A model generated the notes under the pieces. The model made no database searches and was not told where the DNA came from. It saw only the letters and a program-made list of their open reading frames with translations. A DNA stretch of 37,162 bases from contig SLSE01000180.1 in the NCBI GenBank assembly GCA_007130585.1, forward strand, positions 1 through 37,162, given 5' to 3'. The stretch is from Syntrophomonadaceae bacterium. Lineage in GTDB: Bacteria > Bacillota > Dethiobacteria > DTU022. Of the stretch, positions 1 through 7,097 are shown piece by piece; positions within the stretch are counted from its first letter, which is position 1, and the number at the start of each line of letters is the position of its first letter. Made by a program: the position numbers and the translations under genes.

Positions 1-161
1 ATGCTCAGGGAAACCACGCTTTTACCGCAGCCGGATTCTCCAACCAGGCCGACAACTTCTCCCGGCCTGACATTGAACGAGACCCCGTCAACTGCGCGGA
101 TTACGGCATCATCGGTGTAAAAAGTCGTTTTCAAATCTTCTACTTTAAGCAGGTAATCCAT
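1..161 (-). CDS. ABC transporter ATP-binding protein (DppD/OppD type), N-terminal fragment running off the window edge
   Basis: Reading the minus strand from the ATG at 159-161 gives [53 protein letters not shown], which contains a Walker A motif (GESGCGKS). An AAGGAAGG Shine-Dalgarno lies just upstream. The gene sits directly downstream of two peptide-type permease genes. Confidence 0.85.
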   Translation of the reverse strand, partial: MDYLLKVEDLKTTFYTDDAVIRAVDGVSFNVRPGEVVGLVGESGCGKSVVSLS

Positions 162-204
162 TCATAACCTTCCTTTGTCTAAAGGGAATCAGCAGGCGCT
201 AACG

Positions 205-1107
205 CTACCTGTGTCTTCTGGAGCGGGGGTCCAAAGCATCCCGCATTCCGTCACCGATCAGGTTAAACCCGAGAACCATAAAGAAAATTGCCAGTCCCGG
301 GTAAGTAGTGAGGTGGTGAGCGGTACGAATATACTGCCGCCCATCGCTCAGCATCCTGCCCCATTCAGGATCGGGAGCCTGGGCGCCAAGACCCAGGAAC
401 CCTAAACCGGCAGCCCAGAGAATGGCAGTTGCAATCTGGAATGTTGACTGGACAATAATCGGGCCCAGGCAGTTGGGCATGATATGGCGCACAATAATCC
501 TGGCATCCCCGATACCAAGCGACCTGGCGGCAGCCACGAAACCCTGTTCCTTAACAGAAAGAACCGAGCCGCGCACCAGGCGCGTATAGATCGGCACCGA
601 AGCAATGCCTACCGCAATCATAACATTTTCCACGCCAACACCGAGAATGGTCACCACCACAATGGCCAGCAGTATTCCGGGAAAAGCAATCATAATATCA
701 ACTATACGCTGTATGAAGAGGTCAAACTTACCGCCGTAATAGCCCGAGAGCGCTCCAACGGGCACGCCGATGGCCATACCGATGGCTACAGATATAAAAC
801 CGATCATCAAAGATATGCGGGCTCCGTAAAGGATCCTGGTAAAATTATCACGACCCAGCCAGTCTGCTCCAAGAATATGCTCGCTCGATGGGAGCTCCCG
901 GGCAACCCTGAAATTTGTGGCAACCGGGTCATAAGGAGTTATCAGCGGGGCAAAAATTGCCGCCAGCACAAAAATAGCAAGAATTGCCAGTCCAATCATA
1001 GCCATCCGGTTGCGCCGCAGGTGCCGCCATATCTGTCTCAGCTCGGTATCTCTTTTCGGAGTAGGCAGTTTGCTGATAGAGTCAACTTTTTCGCCTTTGT
1101 TGAACAT
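205..1107 (-). CDS. Peptide/nickel ABC transporter permease (DppC/OppC type)
   Basis: 300-aa multi-TM ORF with blocks typical of DppC/OppC permeases (LGADWLGRDNFTRILYGARISL; AAARSLGIGDARIIVRHIMPNC). A 3-nt gap separates it from the upstream permease gene. Confidence 0.9.
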   Translation of the reverse strand: MFNKGEKVDSISKLPTPKRDTELRQIWRHLRRNRMAMIGLAILAIFVLAAIFAPLITPYDPVATNFRVARELPSSEHILGADWLGRDNFTRILYGARISLMIGFISVAIGMAIGVPVGALSGYYGGKFDLFIQRIVDIMIAFPGILLAIVVVTILGVGVENVMIAVGIASVPIYTRLVRGSVLSVKEQGFVAAARSLGIGDARIIVRHIMPNCLGPIIVQSTFQIATAILWAAGLGFLGLGAQAPDPEWGRMLSDGRQYIRTAHHLTTYPGLAIFFMVLGFNLIGDGMRDALDPRSRRHR

Positions 1108-1110
1108 AGC

Positions 1111-2046
1111 CTACTCCACCTCCTTATTCCCGTAACTGATCCGGGGATCAAGGAAGGCATAAATAACATCGACCACCAGGTTAATCATCACAAACAGGAC
1201 GGCAAGCAGCAGAACTGCTCCCTGGACAACGGGATAATCGCGGGCCAGGATCGAATCAACCATCAGCCGGCCGACACCGGGCCATGAAAAGACGGTTTCG
1301 GTAAGCACCGCCCCGCCCAGGAGTGTTCCGAACTGCAGACCCATAACGGTGACAACCGGGATCATGGCATTTTTCAGGGCATGCTTGTAAACAACAACTC
1401 TTTCGACCAGGCCCTTGGAGCGGGCCGTGGTAATGTAATCCTGGCGCAAAACGTCAAGCATGCTCGAGCGGGTGATGCGGGCAATAAGTGCTGTTGTCGC
1501 CAGACCAAGGGTAAGGGCCGGCAGAACAAGATGCCGCCAGGTGCCGATCCCCCCCGAAGGGAACCAGCCGAGGTGAACAGAAAATAGGAGTTGAAACATA
1601 ATCCCCAGCCAGAATACCGGGGCTGCCACCCCGAACAGGGCAAAAAGCATACTGGCATTATCAAACAGCGAATAACGCTTGGTGGCGGAAACAATTCCGG
1701 CACTCATGCCGACAATTATGGCAATCATCATGGCTGCAGAAGCCAGGACCATGGTATTCGGGAAACGGGCCATTAATTCCGTCGTGACGGGCCGGCCCGT
1801 AAAGGTGGAGCGTCCCATGTCTCCCTGGAGCAGGTTCGTCAGGTAAACGTAGTACTGCACGTGGATACCTTCATCCAGAAGAAGATCCCTGCGGACCTGC
1901 TCTATATATTGAGGGCTGGCATGAACTCCGGCGATAGCGCGGGCGGGGTCACCCGGTATAAACCTTATAATTGCAAAAACAAGTATAGATACCCCGATTA
2001 AAACCGGAATGGCCAGCAGCAGCCTTCTGATAATGTAACCGTACAA
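1111..2046 (-). CDS. Peptide/nickel ABC transporter permease (DppB/OppB type)
   Basis: 311-aa ORF starting MYGYIIRRLLLAIPVLIGVSILVF. By my reading the start codon at 2044-2046 is TTG, with GGGAG upstream. PGDPARAIAG and ITTARSKGLVERVVVYKHALKNAMIPV blocks are typical of DppB/OppB. Confidence 0.9.
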   Translation of the reverse strand: MYGYIIRRLLLAIPVLIGVSILVFAIIRFIPGDPARAIAGVHASPQYIEQVRRDLLLDEGIHVQYYVYLTNLLQGDMGRSTFTGRPVTTELMARFPNTMVLASAAMMIAIIVGMSAGIVSATKRYSLFDNASMLFALFGVAAPVFWLGIMFQLLFSVHLGWFPSGGIGTWRHLVLPALTLGLATTALIARITRSSMLDVLRQDYITTARSKGLVERVVVYKHALKNAMIPVVTVMGLQFGTLLGGAVLTETVFSWPGVGRLMVDSILARDYPVVQGAVLLLAVLFVMINLVVDVIYAFLDPRISYGNKEVE

Positions 2047-2217
2047 AAGACGTCAACTCCCAAAGTTGCTGATTAATATAGAAGATTTATCACTGCAGTT
2101 TATAACACGGATGGGGACCGGACGTTCAGTCAAGCCGTATTCCAGCCAGGCTTACGCCCGATCCCCTCGCGATTGAACAATTCAGGATGTTACATCAGTT
2201 TACCGGGAAGCACACAT

Positions 2218-3822
2218 TTACTGCGGCTGCAGGTTGAAACCAATGTAGATAACCCGGACGCTGTCCTCGAAGATTACATCGATGCCTGCCTGTGCTTCCA
2301 GGCGCTCGATTTCGGTCGGCGGGACAGCCATAATAGCATGGGCTTCTCCGGTTTCAAGCATGATTACCCTGGAGCTGGCTTCAGGAACGAACCTGAAAGT
2401 AACGGTTTCCAGCTCGGGAACATCGCCCCAGTAATCTTCATTTCTTTCCATTACAAGCTGCTCGCCGCGGTCCCAGCTTACGAACTTAAAGGGGCCGGTA
2501 CCCACGGGAGCATCAACATCCACATCATCAGCCAGCGCTTCCAGGGAGGCGGGGCTGTGCATAGCGATAAAGGAGTGGGAAAGGTGAGATGCGATCGGCG
2601 CAAACACCTGGTCGAGGTGCAGCCTTACAGTATACTCGTCAATTACTTCCACTTCATTTACCTCGCCGAGCAGGAAGGCGAACACGGCAGCCGTCTCACC
2701 TTCAAATTCACCTTTAGCCATGAAACGGTCCAGGTTATATTTCACCGCTTCTGCGTTGAAAGGTTCACCGTCATGGAAAGTTACGCCTTCGCGCAGGGTA
2801 AGGTCCCAGGCCAGGCCGTCTTCGGTGGGCTCCCAATCTAAGGCAAGGTTGGGTTCAAGGGTTCCGTCTTCTGCCAGGTAAATCAGGGTCTGAGCCATAT
2901 GCTCGGAAACGGTAGCGGCAGGAGCGGACATGATTTTCAGCGGATCGAGGTTTTCAGGCTCGGCACCGATGGCAATAATTAAATCCTGCTCTCCCTCGAT
3001 TGAGGCATCCCAGGCCAGGATATTTTCCAGCGGGTGGTGAATTAAGCCTTCCACACCTTCACGAACCGCATTTACCTGCCCTTCGTTGTGCAGGAAAATC
3101 CAGGGTGCATCTTCCCAGATTATGCTGATCGCCTGATCGTAAAGATCTTCGCGAACGGCAATATCCGGGGTTACCCTCGCTTCATCAAGCAGGGCATCCA
3201 CTTCATCGTTTGCATAGTAAGATACGTTGTTGGCGGGCGGCCACTGGCTGGAATGGAACAGCGCGTAAAGGCCGTAGTCTGCATCCAGGGTTACCGTGCC
3301 CCAGCCAAGCATGTAAGCTTCGTGCTCTGCATCTTCAGGCGGAACTATGACGGTGTCCAGGTAAGTTCCCCAGTCATAGGTGGTAAGGCTGGCAGTAATG
3401 CCAACTTCGGCCAGCATGGCCTGAACAGCTTCGGTTACAACATCATCCTGCGGGTAGCGGCCGGTCGGGTGGAAAAGCTCGATTTCAAAACCGTCGCCCC
3501 ACCCTGCTTCATCCAGCAGTTCCCGGGCCCTGTCGGGATCATACTCGTAAGGGCCTACCTGGGTATACCCGAAAACAGCGGGAACAACCGGAGCTGAGGA
3601 AGGAGACCCCACGCCTTCGAAAATGGTCTCTATAATCGCTTCTTTGTCGATAGCATAGTTAAGAGCCTGCCGGACCCTGACATCCTCAAAAGGATGAGTC
3701 ACTTCGGGCTCATCTACCGGATCATCGATCGGTTCGTCGATTACTTCATCCGGGGCGCAACCGCCGAACAACAACCCCGTCATTAAGAGCAAAACAAAAA
3801 ACCCAAACAGCAATTTCTTCAT
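2218..3822 (-). CDS. Solute-binding lipoprotein, ABC family 5 (peptide/nickel), with circularly permuted domain order
   Basis: 534-aa ORF with a lipoprotein signal (MKKLLFGFFVLLLMTGLLFGGC) and an acidic linker. The family-5 signature region ALDWEPTEDGLAWDLTLREGVTFHDGEPF and the PVGTGPFKF block are present but lie in the C-terminal half. The block normally found mid-protein (PFEDVRVRQALNYAIDKEAII) sits at the mature N-terminus. GGGGGA Shine-Dalgarno precedes the ATG. Confidence 0.9.
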   Translation of the reverse strand: MKKLLFGFFVLLLMTGLLFGGCAPDEVIDEPIDDPVDEPEVTHPFEDVRVRQALNYAIDKEAIIETIFEGVGSPSSAPVVPAVFGYTQVGPYEYDPDRARELLDEAGWGDGFEIELFHPTGRYPQDDVVTEAVQAMLAEVGITASLTTYDWGTYLDTVIVPPEDAEHEAYMLGWGTVTLDADYGLYALFHSSQWPPANNVSYYANDEVDALLDEARVTPDIAVREDLYDQAISIIWEDAPWIFLHNEGQVNAVREGVEGLIHHPLENILAWDASIEGEQDLIIAIGAEPENLDPLKIMSAPAATVSEHMAQTLIYLAEDGTLEPNLALDWEPTEDGLAWDLTLREGVTFHDGEPFNAEAVKYNLDRFMAKGEFEGETAAVFAFLLGEVNEVEVIDEYTVRLHLDQVFAPIASHLSHSFIAMHSPASLEALADDVDVDAPVGTGPFKFVSWDRGEQLVMERNEDYWGDVPELETVTFRFVPEASSRVIMLETGEAHAIMAVPPTEIERLEAQAGIDVIFEDSVRVIYIGFNLQPQ

Positions 3823-3958
3823 ACTTTATATCCCCCTTTTATTTTATTAACACAATCAGGTGCCATTAAACTATCAGTCATCTACCACCACCTTTACAGG
3901 AATTATACCTGAAATTAAGATTTTGCATGACCTGATCCGACACTAATCCTGTATTATT

Positions 3959-3986
3959 AAGATATCACAATTTCTGTCTATGTCAA
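3959..3986 (-). promoter_or_regulatory. Candidate sigma-70 promoter for the ABC importer operon
   Basis: The minus strand reads TTGACA (plus 3981-3986), a 16-nt spacer ending TGA, then TATCTT (plus 3959-3964). This leaves a leader of about 130 nt before the SBP start. A second -10-like TATAAT lies further downstream, so the true transcription start is uncertain. Confidence 0.3.
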
Positions 3987-4008
3987 CTTTTTGAATAAAG
4001 AACACGCT

Positions 4009-4989
4009 TTAAATAACTGCCCGGCCCGGCTCTATTTCTATATTTTCCCACTTGCCGCAGCGCCCGCCCCATCTGGCCAGTAATTTGCCGTCAAGCGACA
4101 GGTTAACAACTTCACAGATATTGGAGCAGTCGTTGCAGGTAAAAGTTTTCGCTTCGAAGTTTAGATCACTGAGAGAAAAACCCCTGAAGGATGTTTCCCC
4201 TTTTTCTTCCATGGCATAACGGGCCAGGACAGCAGACCCGATAGCGCCCATCACATTATAGTGACCGGGAACAATTACTTCCATATCCAGGGCCTTCTCG
4301 AAGGCGGCCTTAATGCCCACATTAGCGGCCACCCCTCCCTGGAAAACCACGGGCCCCAGGATTTCTTTGCCTTTGCCGACATTATTCAGATAGTTGCGGA
4401 CCAGGGCCTCGCAGAGCCCGGCAATAATATCTTCAATACCGTAGCCCATTTGCTGCTTGTGAACCATGTCGGATTCTGCAAAAACCGAGCAGCGCCCGGC
4501 AATCTGCGCCGGGCTTTCGTTCTTCAGGGCCAGGGAGCCGAAATCCTCGATAGGTATGCCCAGGCGGGCGGCCTGGTGATCGAGAAAGGAGCCCGTTCCG
4601 GCTGCGCAGACGGTATTCATGGCAAAATCGACGACCACACCGTGACGCAGGATCATTATTTTTGAATCCTGTCCCCCGATCTCAAGGACGGTCTGAACGC
4701 CGGGTACTTCAAGATCGGCGGCTATAGCATGAGCCGTAATTTCATTTTTTATCACATCGGCGCCAACGGCCGCCCCAACCAGGCTGCGGGCGCTGCCGGT
4801 AACTCCCGCACCGGCAATCGCCGCTCCCGCGGGCATCTTCCCGGCCAGGCTTTTGAACCCTTCCTGGACAACCCTGATTGGCTGTCCTCTCGTGCGCAGG
4901 TATTCAGAAGCAAGGACCCGGTTTGCGTCATCAATAATGACCAGGTTTGTACTGACAGAACCGACATCTATTCCCAGGTATATTTTCAT
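4009..4989 (-). CDS. BadF/BadG/BcrA/BcrD-type ATPase (HgdC-like 2-hydroxyacyl-CoA dehydratase activase family)
   Basis: 326-aa ORF starting MKIYLGIDVGSVSTNLVIID (actin-fold phosphate-1 motif). It has EIGGQDSK and CAAGTGSF blocks and a Cys-rich tail (CNDCSNIC...GGRCGKW). It starts 6 nt after the upstream gene ends. Confidence 0.85.
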   Translation of the reverse strand: MKIYLGIDVGSVSTNLVIIDDANRVLASEYLRTRGQPIRVVQEGFKSLAGKMPAGAAIAGAGVTGSARSLVGAAVGADVIKNEITAHAIAADLEVPGVQTVLEIGGQDSKIMILRHGVVVDFAMNTVCAAGTGSFLDHQAARLGIPIEDFGSLALKNESPAQIAGRCSVFAESDMVHKQQMGYGIEDIIAGLCEALVRNYLNNVGKGKEILGPVVFQGGVAANVGIKAAFEKALDMEVIVPGHYNVMGAIGSAVLARYAMEEKGETSFRGFSLSDLNFEAKTFTCNDCSNICEVVNLSLDGKLLARWGGRCGKWENIEIEPGRAVI

Positions 4990-4995
4990 ATAAGA

Positions 4996-6039
4996 TTAAC
5001 CCGCCCTGCTTTGCAGGCGCTTTGCGCACAGCATGTCGACGAATGCTTCGAGACGGGTCTGCACACCTCCTTCACCGGTATGCTCGTCAATAGTGAGGCC
5101 CAGAAAAGGCACACCGGCAGCTTTAGCTTCCAGCTCCAGGGTTTTATCGACCATTGCATCGGGGCCGCAGCCAAAAGCTGTGACATGGATAATCCCGTCA
5201 ATATACTTCTTTTGTTCCAGCAGGTACAGGCCGGCCCAGAAAACCTTGTTGCTGTAATACCAGAAAAAATTCTGGGGCAACTGCTTTGATATCCGGCGCA
5301 TCTCGCGCAGGGGTATCTGATCGTATGTAATTACCTCCACTCCCAGCTTCACCAGCTTATCGTAAACTCCGGCACTGATAAAAGAGTCATAAATTGCATA
5401 AGGATAGCCCAGCAGGGCAACAACAGCTTTTTTAGCCTTACCCTGACCGCCAGGCTTACTGCCGGCGAGGTAATCGCCCTCCTGCTTCTGCCCGAAAATT
5501 ACCTCCCGGGCTTCTGCCGGCTTTAATCCTTTAGATAGGAGCAGATTATACTCCCTGTGCCTGCGAAGGGCAGAGGCGGCGGCAGAAATTATTTTAAAAG
5601 GATTCCTTACTCCCAGGGAGTGGGCGACAGAAAAAAAGAAACGAAACTGCCCGCCCGGGAAGCCGCTGCAGTCATAGCGGGCATCAATCAGTTCAGGAAG
5701 CCCGGAGCCTGTGAAGCGGATCATATCGGGCAGGCCCAAAAATTTGGGGCAAAAAGTGGATTTACCGTCGGCGCTGATCATACGGGGGACAAAGATGTAG
5801 TCCACCCTGCCGGCAAGATCAAAAACATGACCGTGAAATATTTTAATAGGGATACAGGCATCATTTACCGTTTCCCTGATCCCTTCTTCGAGGATTTTCC
5901 GGTTGGTAGCAGCGGAAACGATCACCTCAGCGCCCAATTTCTCGAGAAACACCCTCCAGAGAGGATAGAAACTGTAGTAAGCAAGGGAACGGGGAATGCC
6001 AACCTTAACCTGCCTTTTCAAATATTTCACCTCTAACAT
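4996..6039 (-). CDS. DUF2229-type protein with a dehydratase-subunit-like C-terminus (activase-associated)
   Basis: 347-aa ORF. VKVGIPRSLAYYSFYPLWRVFLEKLGAEVIVS matches my memory of the DUF2229 region of 'CoA-substrate-specific enzyme activase' proteins. The C-terminal HVTAFGCGPDAMV...GLTIDEHTGEGGVQTRLEAFVDML resembles C-termini of 2-hydroxyacyl-CoA dehydratase/BcrB-like subunits. The ATG at 6039 has no Shine-Dalgarno. A TTG at 6019-6021 lies 5 nt after GAGGTGA and may be the real start. Confidence 0.7.
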   Translation of the reverse strand: MLEVKYLKRQVKVGIPRSLAYYSFYPLWRVFLEKLGAEVIVSAATNRKILEEGIRETVNDACIPIKIFHGHVFDLAGRVDYIFVPRMISADGKSTFCPKFLGLPDMIRFTGSGLPELIDARYDCSGFPGGQFRFFFSVAHSLGVRNPFKIISAAASALRRHREYNLLLSKGLKPAEAREVIFGQKQEGDYLAGSKPGGQGKAKKAVVALLGYPYAIYDSFISAGVYDKLVKLGVEVITYDQIPLREMRRISKQLPQNFFWYYSNKVFWAGLYLLEQKKYIDGIIHVTAFGCGPDAMVDKTLELEAKAAGVPFLGLTIDEHTGEGGVQTRLEAFVDMLCAKRLQSRAG

Positions 6040-6048
6040 TAAGGTTGT

Positions 6049-6079
6049 AAAAATGAGAAAGGGATGTCCCTGACATCCC
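6049..6079 (-). terminator. Intrinsic terminator/attenuator hairpin immediately upstream of the DUF2229-activase operon
   Basis: The minus strand reads GGGATGT-CAGGG-ACATCCC (7-bp stem, 5-nt loop) followed by TTTCTCATTTTT. It ends roughly 10-30 nt before the candidate starts of the next gene. Confidence 0.45.
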
Positions 6080-6174
6080 TAGTATAATAACTTATTTAGG
6101 AAAAGATTTCAAAGTTCTTTTCAAAAAAAGGAAACCATTAACGGCAGGACAGGATTCTTCCCGGGGCAAAAGTC

Positions 6175-6267
6175 TTAATTTGCCTTTCTTACATCCCTGG
6201 CCACCATGAAATAGATGAAGAGAGTTGTTCCAAGGAAAAAACCGATAAAAAGCAGTGCATTCAGCAT
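6175..6267 (-). CDS. Hypothetical 30-aa hydrophobic peptide (small membrane protein, leader peptide or toxin-like)
   Basis: My own minus-strand translation is MLNALLFIGFFLGTTLFIYFMVARDVRKAN-stop. GGGAGAG Shine-Dalgarno lies about 9 nt upstream of the ATG at 6265-6267. The peptide has one predicted TM helix plus a charged tail. It is too short to appear in the ORF track and I recognise no homology. Confidence 0.3.
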   Translation of the reverse strand: MLNALLFIGFFLGTTLFIYFMVARDVRKAN

Positions 6268-6486
6268 ACCCTTATCTCTCCCTTCTGAATTGGTCGTCCT
6301 GTTGTAAAGCCGGGAATCAACGGCTCCGTTTTTTTACGCTTTTGTGGATCATGACCCTTACTGCCCAGGATATCAGGAGAATAATGCCAATTATAACTAT
6401 GTATTCCAATGGATAATTCCGCCTCTCCGGCTGTAGGGCAGCAATACCGGTTCCGGTTAACAGGGTTATACTGCCTTATGCTGATC

Positions 6487-6515
6487 ATTATATAAAATTG
6501 CGAGTCATATGTCAA
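6487..6515 (-). promoter_or_regulatory. Consensus sigma-70 promoter firing leftward (minus strand)
   Basis: The minus strand reads TTGACA (plus 6510-6515), an exact 17-nt spacer TATGACTCGCAATTTTA, then TATAAT (plus 6487-6492). It is divergent from the tRNA-Pro promoter. Confidence 0.6.
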
Positions 6516-6597
6516 CAATATTGCAAATATTTACTCAAGTTAATTTTTTCTCAAGCTCTCTCATTTTGCCTGCGCCAGGGAGCACCCTTTTAAAGTA

Positions 6598-6626
6598 TTG
6601 TTCTTTAATATTCGCTGTGCTATAAT
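6598..6626 (+). promoter_or_regulatory. Promoter of tRNA-Pro
   Basis: TTGTTC (6598-6603), a 17-nt spacer ending in TGC (extended -10 TG), then TATAAT (6621-6626). An AT-rich upstream region precedes it. The tRNA 5' end lies 14 nt downstream of the -10. Confidence 0.6.
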
Positions 6627-6639
6627 CATGTTGCATTAG

Positions 6640-6716
6640 CGGGGCGTAGCGCAGTTTGGTAGCGCGCTTGGTTCGGGACCAAGAGGCCGGAGGTTCAAAT
6701 CCTCTCGCTCCGACCA
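6640..6716 (+). tRNA. tRNA-Pro (anticodon CGG), CCA encoded
   Basis: Cloverleaf folded by hand. Acceptor stem CGGGGCG/CGCTCCG has one G-T pair. D-arm is GCGC-AGTTTGGTA-GCGC. Anticodon stem is CTTGG/CCAAG with loop TTCGGGA (anticodon CGG at 6674-6676). T-loop is TTCAAAT, the discriminator is A, then CCA at 6714-6716. Confidence 0.95.
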
Positions 6717-6720
6717 CCAA

Positions 6721-6759
6721 CAGGGAAAGCACGGTTAAAAACCGTGCTTTCCCTGTTTT
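6721..6759 (+). terminator. Rho-independent terminator after tRNA-Pro (possibly also stops the convergent operon)
   Basis: A perfect 15-bp stem CAGGGAAAGCACGGT / ACCGTGCTTTCCCTG with loop TAAAA is followed by TTTT. It lies between the tRNA and the 3' end of the minus-strand operon that ends at 6819. Confidence 0.8.
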
Positions 6760-6818
6760 GCAGTTAAAGAGAACCTCTGAATCTGTAATTTTGCCCTATT
6801 TGCGCCCGACTGGCAAGA

Positions 6819-7094
6819 TCAGGATTTCAGGTCATCAAGTTTTTTCTTGACGTCATCTGATTTCTTTTCGAATTCTTTTTTGGCTTCTTCCCACTTTTCT
6901 TCTCCGATATCTTTTACGGCATCCAGGTTATTCCTGGCTTCATCTTTCTTTTTCTGCAGTTGATCGATCTGTTCCTGGTATTTTATTTTTGCATCGGCGC
7001 CTGCCTTCTCAGCCTGGGCTTTCTTTTTGTCGATTTCAGCCTGCACCTCTTTAATCAGTGCTTCCTGTTTTTCCTGGTAGGCTTTCTTATCCAT
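6819..7094 (-). CDS. Hypothetical Lys/Glu-rich coiled-coil protein (91 aa)
   Basis: The ORF has heptad-like charged composition (EKQEALIKEVQAEIDKKKAQAEKAG...). It starts 3 nt after the upstream gene's stop, so it is probably co-transcribed. I recognise no family. Confidence 0.55.
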   Translation of the reverse strand: MDKKAYQEKQEALIKEVQAEIDKKKAQAEKAGADAKIKYQEQIDQLQKKKDEARNNLDAVKDIGEEKWEEAKKEFEKKSDDVKKKLDDLKS

Positions 7095-7097
7095 CAG

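Noticed and set aside
484-1287. Long ORFs antisense to confidently assigned genes. Examples are 484..1287+, 2173..2841+, 3088..3597+, 4261..4665+, 4729..5289+, 5557..6036+, 9778..10137+, 10550..10957+, 11258..11708+, 15510..15908+, 18530..19123+, 19311..19736+, 20418..20942+, 20692..21237-, 25295..25717-, 26521..26976-, 30430..30981+, 31677..32081+, 34104..34502+ and 34644..35027+.
   Set aside because: Each lies opposite a gene with clear family-level motifs. Each has a skewed Arg/Gly/Pro/Ser/His composition typical of shadow frames in moderately GC-rich DNA. None has a convincing Shine-Dalgarno or any motif I recognise.
6308-6335. Plus-strand terminator-like element AGCCG-GGAATCAA-CGGCT-CCG-TTTTTTT. 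It could end an antisense RNA covering the 30-codon ORF, giving a type I antitoxin scenario.
   Set aside because: The stem is only 5 bp, and 3 nt separate the stem from the T-run. I could find only a lone -10-like TATAAT (6083-6088) with no -35 as a possible antisense promoter. The evidence is too weak to call a feature. It is kept as a possibility under the small-ORF finding.
6268-6480. Possible match of the leader to known riboswitch classes. The segment CAGCCGGAGAGGCGG resembles a B12 box. CCUGAUAUCCUGGGCAGUAAGGG resembles the TPP P4/P5 region. CCUGGGCA and GGGUCAUGA resemble ZTP elements. GGAGAG resembles a glycine or lysine start.
   Set aside because: In every case only a fragment resembles the consensus. 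The B12 box is one nucleotide short and has GG where CC is expected. The invariant TPP CUGAGA is CGGAGA here. The ZTP-like pieces are in the wrong order. No T-box sequence or specifier architecture is present. Only a covariance-model search can settle this.
6261-6518. 85-aa minus-strand ORF (MLTYDSQFYIMISIRQYNPV…) covering the region between the consensus promoter and the small ORF.
   Set aside because: Its start would lie upstream of the predicted transcription start, inside the promoter itself. It has no Shine-Dalgarno and no recognisable domain. I interpret the region as an untranslated leader instead.
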